Shown: piece after piece, positions 1 to 10,680 of the stretch
How the letters are laid out: every line of letters starts with the position of its first letter
How positions within the stretch are numbered: position 1 is the stretch's first letter
From: Alkalispirochaeta sp.
Lineage (GTDB): Bacteria > Spirochaetota > Spirochaetia > DSM-27196 > Alkalispirochaetaceae
Length of the DNA stretch: 64,000 nucleotides
Assembly (NCBI GenBank): GCA_965242725.1
Contig: CBDESZ010000025.1
Location: 160,001 to 224,000 of the forward strand
Reading direction: 5' to 3'
Made by a program: the position numbers and the translations under genes
The notes under the pieces: generated by a model
Told to the model about the DNA's origin: nothing
The model's input: only the letters and a program-made list of their open reading frames with translations
Database searches by the model: none

Positions 1-45
1 GCCGATCGCTGGTCGATCGACGCGATAAATATTATTTTTTTAGTT

Positions 46-420
46 ATGAAAAAGAAAGCGATAGTGTTTGTTGGTTTGCTGCTTCTTTCAGCGGCACTGG
101 TGACGGCTCAGGAGGTGATCGATCTTACCGACAGCAATGCATCGGTCAAGGAAATCACCGTGAAGAACGACGGGTTCTCCTACATTCCCAGTGAAATCAG
201 GGTGAATGTGGGCGATCGGATTCGGTTGACCTTTGAGAATACCGGCGGCTTTCATGACTGGAGACTGGACGAGTTTGATGCCGGGACCTCCCAGTTTCCG
301 GCGGGACGCTCTGAGACGGTTGAATTTGTCGCCGACCGGGCTGGAAGTTTCGAATATTACTGCAGTGTCGGAAATCACCGTGCCCGTGGTATGTGGGGCA
401 CCTTTGTCGTGGAAGGATAG
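46..420 (+). CDS. Secreted cupredoxin (plastocyanin/azurin-like) copper-binding protein
   Basis: Signal peptide; 'FSYIPSEIRVNVGD', 'HDW', and type-1 Cu ligand motif 'YYCSVGNHRARGM'. Confidence 0.9.
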   Translation: MKKKAIVFVGLLLLSAALVTAQEVIDLTDSNASVKEITVKNDGFSYIPSEIRVNVGDRIRLTFENTGGFHDWRLDEFDAGTSQFPAGRSETVEFVADRAGSFEYYCSVGNHRARGMWGTFVVEG

Positions 421-520
421 TGATTGCGCCGCCGGCTCACCTCAGACTCAGTCGGGCTGAAGGGGCCGGCCGCATTTCTCGACCCGACGGCGTGCATATA
501 GTATACTTCTCCCAGTTCAC

Positions 521-1069
521 ATGACGAAATCGGTTTTTCTACCGGGAAGAATGTTTCTCATCGCATGTATCGGCATCGTCGTCGGAGGTGGTCAGCTGTT
601 CGGGCAGGCCAACACCCAGGCACAGGAACGGGATCGCATTGATCTTGCGGGGCTCGCCCGGGGTCCCGCAGTCATCGGCGGAGGTTTTGTGGTGGGAGAA
701 CCCACGGGGTTGACCGGCAAGTTCTGGTATCCCGAGTCGGGGTTTGCCGTGGACGCGGCAGCCGCATGGTCTCTGTCTGCACAACGTTCTCTCTACATGC
801 ACAGCGACATCATATATCATCTCGCCCTGATCGAGACGGAGGGAGGCCGGTATATCATCCCGTCCATCGGGTTCGGTGTGCTGGGGCGATTCGGCTCCGA
901 CGTGGAAGTGGGGGTCCGTCTGCCCGTGGCGTTGTCGCTCTTCCTGTTTCCTTCGGTCCCTGTGGAGATATACGGCGAAATTGCCCCGGGAGTCGGCGTT
1001 GTCCCCGACACCGACGAGGAGTTTGGTCTCGGAATGGGAATTCGATTCTACTTCCCTGTGGGATCGTGA
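521..1069 (+). CDS. Small outer-membrane beta-barrel protein (DUF3996/BAPKO_0422-like)
   Basis: Signal peptide; 'GFVVGEPTGLTGKF', 'GVRLPVALS', 'EIYGEIAPG', C-terminal 'GIRFYF' amphipathic strands. Confidence 0.65.
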   Translation: MTKSVFLPGRMFLIACIGIVVGGGQLFGQANTQAQERDRIDLAGLARGPAVIGGGFVVGEPTGLTGKFWYPESGFAVDAAAAWSLSAQRSLYMHSDIIYHLALIETEGGRYIIPSIGFGVLGRFGSDVEVGVRLPVALSLFLFPSVPVEIYGEIAPGVGVVPDTDEEFGLGMGIRFYFPVGS

Positions 1070-1090
1070 CGGAACGGAAAGGAAGGTTCT

Positions 1091-2071
1091 ATGGCACAGT
1101 TCGTTCAGTTTTCACAGTACGGTGGTCCTGAAGTCCTGACACTGACGGAGGGGCCGAAACCGGATCCCCCGGAGGGCGAGGTGCGAATACGAGTCTATGC
1201 GGCGGGACTCAATTATATAGATACCTATCATCGTACCGGGTATTACCCGGTCCCCCGATTGCCGAGCGGCATCGGTGTGGAGGGTGCAGGGGTGGTCGAC
1301 AGGATCGGACCCGGGGTCACCCAATGGAAGACGGGACAGCGCGTCGCCTTCGTGATTACCCGGCTTGGCGCATACGCCCAATACCAGAACGTTCCCGCCG
1401 ATCGGCTCGTCCCGATTCCCGACGATGTGGACTTCGAAAGCGCCGCCGGAATGATGCTGAAGGGCATGACCGCCCGATATCTTCTACGACAGACCTATCC
1501 GGTCAGCTCGGAGGAGACGATCCTCGTCCACGCCGCCGCCGGCGGTGTCGGTCTTATCCTCTGCCAATGGGCGCGATATCTCGGGGCTACCGTCATCGGT
1601 ACGGTGGGAAGCCCGGAAAAGGCTGAACTTGCACGGGAACATGGATGCGACTATCCCGTCCTGTACCGTTCGGAGAACGTGGTAGAGCGCGTCCGGGAGG
1701 TGACGGAAGGGAAAGGTGTCTCCGTCGTCTACGACTCTGTCGGCAAGGACACGATGGAGCAGAGCCTGCAGTGTCTGCGGCCCCGAGGGCTCCTCGTGAG
1801 CTTCGGTCAAAGCTCAGGCGCCGTTCATGGATTCGACCCTGTGCTCCTTTCCCGCCACGGTTCCCTGTATCTGACGCGTCCGACACTGTTCCACTACATC
1901 GCCGACCGGGAAGAACTGGAAGAAAACTCCCACGAGTTGTTTTCCGTCGTACGTTCCGGGGCGGTCAGGATACCCGTGAATCAGCGGTATACCCTCGAGG
2001 AGGCGGCGGAAGCTCATCGGGCGCTTGAAAACCGGGAAACCACGGGCTCGACGGTATTTATCGTGGACTGA
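1091..2071 (+). CDS. qor: NADPH:quinone oxidoreductase (zeta-crystallin/MDR family)
   Basis: 'YGGPEVL', 'GLNYIDTY', 'HAAAGGVG', 'GSLYLTRPTL'; RBS GGAAGG upstream. Confidence 0.93.
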   Translation: MAQFVQFSQYGGPEVLTLTEGPKPDPPEGEVRIRVYAAGLNYIDTYHRTGYYPVPRLPSGIGVEGAGVVDRIGPGVTQWKTGQRVAFVITRLGAYAQYQNVPADRLVPIPDDVDFESAAGMMLKGMTARYLLRQTYPVSSEETILVHAAAGGVGLILCQWARYLGATVIGTVGSPEKAELAREHGCDYPVLYRSENVVERVREVTEGKGVSVVYDSVGKDTMEQSLQCLRPRGLLVSFGQSSGAVHGFDPVLLSRHGSLYLTRPTLFHYIADREELEENSHELFSVVRSGAVRIPVNQRYTLEEAAEAHRALENRETTGSTVFIVD

Positions 2072-2113
2072 TTGTTCCTTGTGAATCCGGTTTAGCCATG
2101 TTATACCGGAGAT

Positions 2114-3850
2114 ATGCACAAATCAGATATCGAAATTGCCCAAGCTGCAACAATGCGTGGAATTGGTGAGATTGCGTCATCGGCGGGATTGAAGGACGAC
2201 CAATGGTTGCCCTGGGGGCGCAATGTTGCCAAGGTAGACCCCGGCGTTGGAAAGGCGCCGCGCCACCCCGACGCGCGATACGTGGACGTTACGGCAATTA
2301 CGCCGACACCCCTGGGGGAAGGCAAGACGACGACAACCGTCGGACTCACCCAGGGGTTGGGACGGATCGGCAGGAAGGCGATGTGTGCGATACGCCAGCC
2401 GTCCATGGGACCGACCTTCGGCATCAAGGGAGGCGCCGCAGGGGGTGGATACAGCCAGATTCTGCCCATGGAGGAGTTTAATCTCCACCTGACCGGAGAT
2501 ATCCACGCCATTTCTGCGGCACATAACCTCATCGCCGCAGCTATCGACAATCAGATTTACCACGAATCACGATGGTCCGATGCCTTTTTTGAAAAACGGG
2601 GATTGTCGAAACTGAACATAGATCCCTATACCATTTCCTGGAACCGCGTCCTCGATTTGAATGATCGGGCGTTGCGTAACGTCATTACCGGACTCGGTGA
2701 GCTTGCCGACGGTCCCGTCAGGCAGGGAGGATTTGACATTACCGTTGCCAGTGAGCTTATGGCGGTCCTCGCACTTGCGACGGACCTTGAGGACCTCCGA
2801 CGCAGAATAGGCCGTATCGTCGTCGCCAGCGATTCGAAAGGCAATCCCGTTACTACCGAAGATCTCGGCGTCGCCGGCGCCGCGACGGTTCTCCTCCGGG
2901 ACGCGCTGTGGCCCAATCTGCTGCAGACCATAGAAGGACAACCCGCCTTTGTCCACGCCGGACCCTTTGCAAATATCGCCCACGGAAACTCGTCGGTCAT
3001 CGCCGATCGGATCGCCCTTGCCAATGGCGCGTTTCTCGTTACCGAGAGCGGGTTTGGAGCCGATATCGGCATGGAGAAGTTCTTCGACATCAAGTGCAGG
3101 GTGTCCCAGACATTTCCGGACGTCGTCGTCCTCGTGGCGACGGTGAGGGCGCTGAAAATGCATGGAGGCGGTCCCAAAGTTGTTCCCGGCCAGAGTCTCG
3201 CCGCGGAGTATCAGGAAGAGAATCTCCAGCTCCTGGAAGCGGGGCTCGCCAATCTGCAGGCACATTTACGTATTGCCGGCGAGTTCGGCGTACCGGTGGT
3301 GGTTGCGATCAACGCCTTTGGTACCGATACCCAGGCGGAATGGGATCTCATCGCCCGCTCGGCAAAGGAAAACGGCGCCTTTGACGCGGTCGTCACGTTC
3401 CATCATGCCAAAGGTGGAGAGGGCGCGGAGGAGCTGGCCCGGGCGGTGGCGAAGGCGGCGGATGCTCCCAAATCGCCGCGATTTCTCTATGAAACGACGG
3501 CGACTCTTGAAGAGAAGCTCACGACGGTGGCCACCAGACTCTACGGGGCGGAGCGGGTTGATATATCTCCCCTTGCGCGGACGCAGATCGCCCGGTTTGA
3601 ACAGGCGGGGTACGGATCGCTTCCGGTTTGCATCGCGAAGACACATCTTTCCCTGAGTCACGATCCGGCGCTGAAGAACGCGCCGTCGGGATTCGTATTT
3701 CCAATCCGGGAGCTGCGACCAAGTATCGGGGCGGGGTTCATTTACGCCCTCGCCGGCGATATTCGGACGATGCCCGGCCTGCCGAGCATTCCCGCCTTTC
3801 GGGGCGTAGACATCGATCCGGAAACCGAACGGGTAAAGGGCCTTTTCTAG
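2114..3850 (+). CDS. fhs: Formate--tetrahydrofolate ligase
   Basis: 'TAITPTPLGEGKTTT', 'GIKGGAAGGGYSQ', 'VHAGPFANIAHG', 'TMPGLP'. Confidence 0.97.
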   Translation: MHKSDIEIAQAATMRGIGEIASSAGLKDDQWLPWGRNVAKVDPGVGKAPRHPDARYVDVTAITPTPLGEGKTTTTVGLTQGLGRIGRKAMCAIRQPSMGPTFGIKGGAAGGGYSQILPMEEFNLHLTGDIHAISAAHNLIAAAIDNQIYHESRWSDAFFEKRGLSKLNIDPYTISWNRVLDLNDRALRNVITGLGELADGPVRQGGFDITVASELMAVLALATDLEDLRRRIGRIVVASDSKGNPVTTEDLGVAGAATVLLRDALWPNLLQTIEGQPAFVHAGPFANIAHGNSSVIADRIALANGAFLVTESGFGADIGMEKFFDIKCRVSQTFPDVVVLVATVRALKMHGGGPKVVPGQSLAAEYQEENLQLLEAGLANLQAHLRIAGEFGVPVVVAINAFGTDTQAEWDLIARSAKENGAFDAVVTFHHAKGGEGAEELARAVAKAADAPKSPRFLYETTATLEEKLTTVATRLYGAERVDISPLARTQIARFEQAGYGSLPVCIAKTHLSLSHDPALKNAPSGFVFPIRELRPSIGAGFIYALAGDIRTMPGLPSIPAFRGVDIDPETERVKGLF

Positions 3851-4043
3851 CTCCATGTACGTTCCGCCGGCAAGACTCTCCGGCGCGAAATGAACCACAT
3901 ATCGGAGCGACTTGCGTTAAAATGACCCAAGTCGCCCGATCTCCTGGTAAAGTCAATTCCGGAACGATATAAATCCCGGTATTGCATATAGATAATTTCG
4001 GCGGATCAACTCGTTACTCGGCAGGGAAATTGCTTCCATATCA

Positions 4044-4961
4044 ATGGAGGCCGAAATGGGAAACGGAGAGTTCCTGAGACAGCGTATCATTCTCATCGTG
4101 CAGACCGCGGCGATCGCCGGTATTCTCCTCTTCCTGACTATTCGGGCCGCCGCGATCCTTCTTGGATCGACCGCCGCGATCTTCGTACTCATACTCGTGC
4201 TGTTGTATACCTCCCGGCGGATACAGTCGGTCCGTACGACGCTTCCCGCAGAGGCCGCTCCCTGCGAGGGCATGACGGGCGTACGGCTGCATGAAGAGGT
4301 CCGGCGCCTCTCGGAAAAGGGAGGACTGCCCTTTGTTCCCGAGATTTACAGTTTTCCCTCGCCCGTCCCTCTGGCATTTACGACGGGATACGGACGACGC
4401 GCCGTTGTCGTCGTTTCCCACGGATTATTGCGGTTTATTCCATGGCGGGGAGTACGGGCCGTCCTCGCCCACGAAATCGCCCATTTGCGGCATCACGACC
4501 TGGAACTCTTTACGCTCACCTCGGTGCTGCAGGGACTTTCCCGCTTCTCCGCATTTGCGGCGACCATGGGACTGTTGTTTTTCTTTCCGCTTCTTGTTGC
4601 GGCCGGAGGGTCGGCGTACCTGGCAGGTGTCCTGTATCTTTCGGCAATACCAATATTCACCGTCGTGTTGTTTTTTGCACTTTCAAGGACGCGGGAATAC
4701 CGGGCCGACCTGGGGGCCCTGGAACTCGGTGTTGACGCGGAAGATCTGGCGGAGGCGTTGTCCCTCATCGAGCGCTATATGAGGGCCCTGGAGGTGCCGC
4801 ATTTGAATGAGGGTTCCCGATATCTCCGCACCCATCCGCCGACATCCAAACGAGTTCAGCGGTTACGGCGCCTGAAGCCAATGACGCCCCTTCACAATAA
4901 TGGTTATAATCGTCTTCATGCACATTCGATGGGACGAACTACGGGAAGAGATCATCGGTAA
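4044..4961 (+). CDS. M48 family membrane zinc metalloprotease (HtpX-like)
   Basis: TM helices; 'AVLAHEIAH', 'SRTREYRAD', 'THPP..KR'. Confidence 0.88.
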   Translation: MEAEMGNGEFLRQRIILIVQTAAIAGILLFLTIRAAAILLGSTAAIFVLILVLLYTSRRIQSVRTTLPAEAAPCEGMTGVRLHEEVRRLSEKGGLPFVPEIYSFPSPVPLAFTTGYGRRAVVVVSHGLLRFIPWRGVRAVLAHEIAHLRHHDLELFTLTSVLQGLSRFSAFAATMGLLFFFPLLVAAGGSAYLAGVLYLSAIPIFTVVLFFALSRTREYRADLGALELGVDAEDLAEALSLIERYMRALEVPHLNEGSRYLRTHPPTSKRVQRLRRLKPMTPLHNNGYNRLHAHSMGRTTGRDHR

Positions 4962-6612
4962 CGACGCAACGATTCTCACCCCCTATGGAGAACGGTATAT
5001 TACCTACGGCGACTATACGGCTTCCGGGCGCAGCGTCGAAAGGATCGAGCGGTACATCCATTACATGTTGCGCCACTACGCCAACACCCACACGGAAGAC
5101 GACGCGACAGGGAAGATGACGGGGCAACGCTATGCGGCGGCGATCGGGCTCATAAAGAAGCTCCTCAACGGTGATGATTCGTACTACCTGATTCCGGTCG
5201 GTTCCGGTTCAACCGGTGCCATCGCGCGACTTCAACAGATTCTGGGCATATACCTGCCGCCGGCAACACGTCGCAGAGTCACGGTGGACAAGGATTCGCC
5301 CGTCGTATTCGTCGGTCCCTACGAACACCACTCCAATGAAATATCATGGCGGGAGGGCATCGCCGACGTGGTCGAAGTCGACCTTGATGATGAAGGCGCC
5401 CTTTCGCTGGCTGACCTGGAACGCAAACTCTCGGATCCGCGGTGGGCGGACCGGGAAAAGATCGGTGCATTTTCCGCGGCGTCAAACGTCTCCGGCATTT
5501 GCACTGACGTCTATGCCGTCGCGGCGTTGCTTCATCGGTACGGTGCACGGGCGTTTTTTGACTATTCCGCCCGGGCTCCCTATGACGCTATCGATGTCCG
5601 CCACGACGAGCACAGTTACTTCGACGGTGTCTTCTTTTCGCCACACAAATATCTCGGCGGTCCCGGTTCAACCGGAATCCTTCTCGTTCATCGGTCGGTG
5701 TACTCCTCCGATCTTCCGCCCTCCGTCGCGGGAGGAGGGACTGTGCGTTTTGTGAGCGGCACCCGGCAGGACTACATCGACGATGTGGAGTTGCGGGAGC
5801 AGGCGGGAACGCCGGCGATTCTGCAGACGATGCGTGCAGCTCTCGCAATGGATCTGCAGCACCGATGCGGTATCGATGCGATCAAGGCGAGAGAAGCGGA
5901 GCTTCTTGACCGGGCGTATGAGCGCTTTGGCGAGATTCCGCACATACGTCTTCTCGTCCCCCATCAGAAAGGGGAGCAACTCGCAATCTGTTCATTCAAC
6001 ATTCGTCACGGAGACGCCTACCTCCATCCCCGCTTTGTTGTTCGTCTCCTGAATGACCTCTTCGGCATTCAGACCCGGGCGGGGTGTTCCTGCGCCGGCC
6101 CCTACGGCCACCGGCTTCTGGATATCGATCCGTCCATGTCGGAAGAGTATTCGCGGCGTATCGGTCGTGGCGAGGAGGGGCTCAAACCGGGATGGGTTCG
6201 CATCAATTTTCATTTTCTGCTGACCGATGAAGAGTTCGAATTTCTCTGTGACGCGATCATCTTCGTTGCGGAGTACGGCCGCTATTTCATGGACGACTAC
6301 GTCTTTGACCAGACCTCCGGAGCGTGGACGCACAGGGACGGCAGTGATGAGATTGAAGGATTCGGCATCGCCGAGGCTCTTGCTCACCTGCATGAGACTG
6401 ACGTTGCCGCGGACGGGACGCTTTTTGACGTCGGACGGAAACGGGGTGTGGATACCATTTCAATCCGTCGCCGGTACCTGGAAGACGCATTGGATCGGGC
6501 GTATCATCTCCGGCGTTCATTTGATGAAGGAGAGATGCGAATGACCGATCCCCGGCTCATGACATTCTGGTATTTGGAGAAGACTCGTGAAGAAAGTGAT
6601 AGTCATCGGTAG
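4918..6612 (+). CDS. Class V PLP-dependent aminotransferase / cysteine desulfurase-like
   Basis: 'DYTASGR', 'GPYEHHSNE', 'SPHKYLGGPG', 'RAGCSCAGPYG'. Start moved to ATG 4918, which lies 7 nt after TATAAT (4905-4910). Confidence 0.88.
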   Translation: MHIRWDELREEIIGNDATILTPYGERYITYGDYTASGRSVERIERYIHYMLRHYANTHTEDDATGKMTGQRYAAAIGLIKKLLNGDDSYYLIPVGSGSTGAIARLQQILGIYLPPATRRRVTVDKDSPVVFVGPYEHHSNEISWREGIADVVEVDLDDEGALSLADLERKLSDPRWADREKIGAFSAASNVSGICTDVYAVAALLHRYGARAFFDYSARAPYDAIDVRHDEHSYFDGVFFSPHKYLGGPGSTGILLVHRSVYSSDLPPSVAGGGTVRFVSGTRQDYIDDVELREQAGTPAILQTMRAALAMDLQHRCGIDAIKAREAELLDRAYERFGEIPHIRLLVPHQKGEQLAICSFNIRHGDAYLHPRFVVRLLNDLFGIQTRAGCSCAGPYGHRLLDIDPSMSEEYSRRIGRGEEGLKPGWVRINFHFLLTDEEFEFLCDAIIFVAEYGRYFMDDYVFDQTSGAWTHRDGSDEIEGFGIAEALAHLHETDVAADGTLFDVGRKRGVDTISIRRRYLEDALDRAYHLRRSFDEGEMRMTDPRLMTFWYLEKTREESDSHR

Positions 6613-8095
6613 CGGTTTCGGCGGCATCTCGGCATCGGCATTTCTCGCACAGGAGGGATATGACGTCACGGTGCTGGAGAAAAATTCCTGGGTCGGCGGC
6701 CGGGCCCGTGTGCTGGAAGGGGAAGGATTCCGATTTGACATGGGGCCGAGCTGGTACTGGATGCCCGACGAGCACGATCGATGGTTTACCCGCCTCGGTC
6801 ACCGACGGGAGGACTTTTACCGTATACGTCGCGTCACCCCATCCTATCGCGTCTATTTCGGTGATTCACTCCCGGGGGAAACCAGGAATGTCCTGGACAT
6901 GCCCGTTGACAGGGACGATGCAAAGGCAGTTTTCGAATCCTACGAGGCCGGTGCCGGGGAGAAGCTTGATCGGTATCTTGCCGAATGCAAAGGGAAATAC
7001 GATTTCGCAATGGGGGAGTACATCTACCGGAATTACTACTCCCTCTTCGACTTCATTAACATGAAGACCCTTGCAAATCTTTCGATGTTGAACGTGACCC
7101 AGAGTTACGGCGGCCGTGTCGCTCGATACTTCCGCCATCCCTACCTCCGGAAAATGCTGGAGTTTCCCGTCGTCTTTCTCGGGAGCAACGCAAAATCGAC
7201 ACCGGCGATGTACACCCTGATGAGTCACATCGACTTCAATCTCGGGACGTGGTATCCCGAGGGCGGCTTTGGTAGAGTTGTCGAGTCGATGCGACAGGTC
7301 GCGGAAAACCTGGGTGTTCGATTCCATTTTTCAAATGAAGCCGTTCGTATCAATGTTGAAGGGGGTACGGCGCGTTCGGTCGTGGTCAAAAGTGAGAATG
7401 GGGGTGAATCCACGATCCCGACGGATATCGTGGTAGCCAACGCGGACTATCCCTTTGTGGAAATGAATCTACTTCCGGAACAGTATCGTTCAGTTCCCGA
7501 GCGAAAATGGGAACGGGCACAACTGGCACCGGGAGTGCTTAATTTTTACCTCGGTTTTGACCGTCCCCTTGATGAGTTCTCTCATCATACCTTTTTCTTT
7601 GATACCGACTGGGACGACCACTTCAGCGCCGTATACGAGGATCCCCGCTGGATTGACGAGCCCCTCTTCTATTTGCACGTTCCTTCACGGACCGATCCCT
7701 CCTGTGCTCCCCCCGGCGGGGAAGCAGTTTTCCTCCTCATTCCCGTCGCGCCCGGACTGGAGGATGATCGGGAACGGAGAAAGTACTACTTCAACCACGC
7801 AATGGACCGCATGGGACGTATTACGGGCAGGCCTCTGCGCAAGCATCTCGTCTACAAGGCGGAAATGTCTCTCGATGATTTTTCACGGGATTACCGGGCA
7901 TATAAAGGTAATGCCTTTGGTCTCGGACAGACGCTCTTTCAAACGGCGTGGTTCCGGACCGCCAACAGGTCAAAAAAGGTTGGAAACCTCTATTATGCGG
8001 GACAATACACCGTACCCGGTACCGGGACGACCATGAGCATGATCAGCGGTGAAGTTGCGTCGATGCGTATCAAAAAGGAGCAGAAAACGGGATGA
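6587..8095 (+). CDS. crtI: Phytoene desaturase family FAD oxidoreductase
   Basis: 'VIGSGFGG', 'FRFDMGPSWYWMP', 'WYPEGG', 'NLYYAGQYTVPGTG'. Confidence 0.88.
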   Translation: MKKVIVIGSGFGGISASAFLAQEGYDVTVLEKNSWVGGRARVLEGEGFRFDMGPSWYWMPDEHDRWFTRLGHRREDFYRIRRVTPSYRVYFGDSLPGETRNVLDMPVDRDDAKAVFESYEAGAGEKLDRYLAECKGKYDFAMGEYIYRNYYSLFDFINMKTLANLSMLNVTQSYGGRVARYFRHPYLRKMLEFPVVFLGSNAKSTPAMYTLMSHIDFNLGTWYPEGGFGRVVESMRQVAENLGVRFHFSNEAVRINVEGGTARSVVVKSENGGESTIPTDIVVANADYPFVEMNLLPEQYRSVPERKWERAQLAPGVLNFYLGFDRPLDEFSHHTFFFDTDWDDHFSAVYEDPRWIDEPLFYLHVPSRTDPSCAPPGGEAVFLLIPVAPGLEDDRERRKYYFNHAMDRMGRITGRPLRKHLVYKAEMSLDDFSRDYRAYKGNAFGLGQTLFQTAWFRTANRSKKVGNLYYAGQYTVPGTGTTMSMISGEVASMRIKKEQKTG

Positions 8096-8856
8096 GTTGG
8101 TTTGGAAAACTGGTTGGAGGTACCATCGGCCTCATGATAGGCGGCCCCCTCGGGGCGATCGCGGGCGGTGCACTGGGGCATCATCTCTTTGACAGGGAAC
8201 ACGCGGGACAGGAACGGCTGGAGACGTTTTACCGCCGTCCGTCCGTTGACCAGCGACAGGCGGCGTATTTTCTCACCCTTTTTTCGCTCCTCGGTAAGCT
8301 CGCGAAAGCCGACGGTCAGGTTACCCAGGCGGAGGGAGAGAAACTCGTTTCCTTTCTCGACCATATGCGTCTCCACGGTGAGACGCGGACCTTTGCGATA
8401 CGCGTCTTCAACGAGGCGAAGGACTCGCCCTACACGGTGGAGCAGCTGGCTCAACAGTTTGCCGTCATGACACAGGGACGTCGTGATCTTCGGCACTCCA
8501 TGCTGGACATGCTCTTTCAAATCGCCCTTGCCGACGGTCACTACCATCCGTCGGAGGAGGAGATGATAGGCAGGATTGCCGGTGTATTCGGCGTATCCGA
8601 AGCTGAACTGGACGCGCTGCGTCAACGGTACGTCGGTACCACCAGTGCGACGAACAAGGCCTATGCAACCCTTGGGCTCACACCGGACGCCGACGATGAT
8701 ACCGTCCGCATCACCTATCGCCGTCTTGTCCAGGAGTACCACCCCGACCGAATTGTGTCTCATGGTCTTCCCGACGAGTTTGTTGACTATGCAACAGGGA
8801 GATTCCAGGAAATACAGGCGGCCTGGGAGGAAATCAAGAAAGCACGGGGTCTGTGA
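8092..8856 (+). CDS. djlA: DjlA-like co-chaperone (TM + TerB + J domain)
   Basis: 'MSWFGKLVGG...GGPLGA', 'KLAKADG', J-domain 'YHPDR'; ATGA overlap with crtI. Confidence 0.88.
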   Translation: MSWFGKLVGGTIGLMIGGPLGAIAGGALGHHLFDREHAGQERLETFYRRPSVDQRQAAYFLTLFSLLGKLAKADGQVTQAEGEKLVSFLDHMRLHGETRTFAIRVFNEAKDSPYTVEQLAQQFAVMTQGRRDLRHSMLDMLFQIALADGHYHPSEEEMIGRIAGVFGVSEAELDALRQRYVGTTSATNKAYATLGLTPDADDDTVRITYRRLVQEYHPDRIVSHGLPDEFVDYATGRFQEIQAAWEEIKKARGL

Positions 8857-8911
8857 CGGCGGCAGCGAGAGCTGTATCGTTTTGTGACACAGGATTGTGT
8901 ATACTGCCGAC

Positions 8912-10144
8912 TCAAAGGTGTCCGAAAATCAGACCGTGCGTGCTGATACGAAGCGGCTGGGTAGCGCCGTCGCCGAAAACGCCGTTCATCATCGCCCGGT
9001 ATTCGGGAAAAAGGTCTTCAGGAACGACGGCAAGAATCGTTCCGGCAAATCCGCCGCCGTGGACTCGGTACGCACCATTGGCGCCCTTGCCGGACAAAAA
9101 CTCCCTGGTCAGCGTCAATCCTATCGCCATCGACTGGTCGATTTCGCTTTCCGGAGGATAGATGTTCTGCAGCAACGTCCAGCTGGAAAGCCCGCTTTCA
9201 GTCATACGCGACAACAACGCTTCCAAATGCCGATCTTCTGCGGCTTTTACCAGTGCGGCAACGCGAGCCTGTTCATCAAAAAAATGGATGCCCCGCAGTA
9301 CCGCGCGATCGCCCACGGAGCGCCGTAATGCCGGCAGAGAGGAGAGGAGTTGTCCCTTTGAGGCGCGTGAAAGTGTCTCCCCGCCGAGATGCGCGGCAAG
9401 TGCCTTCATTTCAGTCGGAATTGCCGCGTAATGAGCGGTCAGGTCGGCGTGATTTCCCCCGGTGTCTATAACCGCAAGCTGATAGTGGAACTGTCTGAAA
9501 TCCAGACCAATCTCGTTGTACTTCACATCGGCGGCATCGGAAAAGTCGATCGCTACCGAACCGCCGACGGAAGACGCCATCTGGTCCATGAGGCCGCAGG
9601 GTTTTCCGATGTGTTCGTTTTCGGCGTACTGTCCGATCCGCGCCCGTTGGACGTGGGAGAGATGATAGGAACCGAGTGCCTGGTGGATACCGATAAGCGA
9701 CATTTCCAGCGCGGCGGAAGAGCTCAATCCGCTTCCCGGAAGTACCCGACTGTCCAGAACGGCGTCAAAGGGAGGCGCCTCATGGCCGGAGCGGACCAGG
9801 CCGTCCCCGATTCCTCGCATGAGTCGCTCCGTATCGTTTTGATCCGATGACCGGTTCTCCTGCGGGTTGATGCAGAAACGGGTCTCCCAGCCCCGGGAGG
9901 TCAGACGCGAGTGGCCGTCCTGTGACGGCGCGGCCACGATGAGGGCATCCAGATCGATGGCTGCGGCGACGACACGGCCATCATTGTGATCAGTATGGTT
10001 ACCGATGATTTCACACCGGCCTGGTGCACTGGCAAAAACTGTTGGTTCCCGATGATAGGTATTTCTGAAGGCGGTGAGGGCGCTTTCGAAGCGTTCTTTG
10101 CCGTCGGTTACGAGCTCCCTGGCCTCACCGTGATGCACTTTCAC
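8912..10144 (-). CDS. galK: Galactokinase
   Basis: 'APGRCEIIGNHTDHN', 'PGSGLSSSAA', 'CGLMDQ', 'RVHGGGFAG'. Confidence 0.93.
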   Translation of the reverse strand: MKVHHGEARELVTDGKERFESALTAFRNTYHREPTVFASAPGRCEIIGNHTDHNDGRVVAAAIDLDALIVAAPSQDGHSRLTSRGWETRFCINPQENRSSDQNDTERLMRGIGDGLVRSGHEAPPFDAVLDSRVLPGSGLSSSAALEMSLIGIHQALGSYHLSHVQRARIGQYAENEHIGKPCGLMDQMASSVGGSVAIDFSDAADVKYNEIGLDFRQFHYQLAVIDTGGNHADLTAHYAAIPTEMKALAAHLGGETLSRASKGQLLSSLPALRRSVGDRAVLRGIHFFDEQARVAALVKAAEDRHLEALLSRMTESGLSSWTLLQNIYPPESEIDQSMAIGLTLTREFLSGKGANGAYRVHGGGFAGTILAVVPEDLFPEYRAMMNGVFGDGATQPLRISTHGLIFGHL

Positions 10145-10156
10145 CGATTACTCCTA

Positions 10157-10627
10157 CTATTCCGAAAGGGGTGCATTTCCCCCGTCGGCGGGACTTTCAC
10201 CGCTCGCCCCGTCAGGTATGGCGAGCAGCTCCTCCGCCTGTCGCTCCTCGATGATCTCCAGGAGTCGGCGAGAGAGAATCCGCGGCCAATCGGGAAGTGA
10301 ACCGTCCGGGACATTCTCGTACTTGTCAAGCAACTCCGTAAATCGCCGTTCCGCGAGATCGTACTCCTCACGCTTGTAGGCAATAAAGGCAATTTCGTAT
10401 TCCGCTTCAGTGATCCCGCCGGTATCCGCGGGATTTCGCCGAATAAACTCCTCGTAGTAACGCAGGGCGTTCTCGTAGTCGCCCTGGTCCACATTTTCCT
10501 GAGCCTGCTGAAACATTTGCGCCTTGCTGAGGTCTTCCGGTATCTCTTCCGGAACGGTCTCGCAACCAACAAGAAAATAGACGGAGAAAACAACGACAAT
10601 GAGGGGTATCACTCGTAACGATTTCAC
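10157..10627 (-). CDS. TPR lipoprotein (BamD-like)
   Basis: Lipobox 'LVGC'; TPR-like helices 'GDYENALRYY', 'AEYEIAFIAYK'. Start GTG 10627 inferred from TTGAAC-17-TACGTT-6-GTG. Confidence 0.75.
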   Translation of the reverse strand: MKSLRVIPLIVVVFSVYFLVGCETVPEEIPEDLSKAQMFQQAQENVDQGDYENALRYYEEFIRRNPADTGGITEAEYEIAFIAYKREEYDLAERRFTELLDKYENVPDGSLPDWPRILSRRLLEIIEERQAEELLAIPDGASGESPADGGNAPLSE

Positions 10628-10680
10628 AAAGGCAACGTACCACGTTTGCACCGGCCGTTCAAGGTAGATATAATCGGCCA

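Noticed and set aside
427..473. GC-rich hairpin after the cupredoxin gene
   Set aside because: No U tract and no second copy seen; probably a simple 3' stem
3901..3940. Hairpin between fhs and the M48 protease as a riboswitch or CIRCE element
   Set aside because: No recognisable aptamer or CIRCE consensus; likely a 3' stem of fhs
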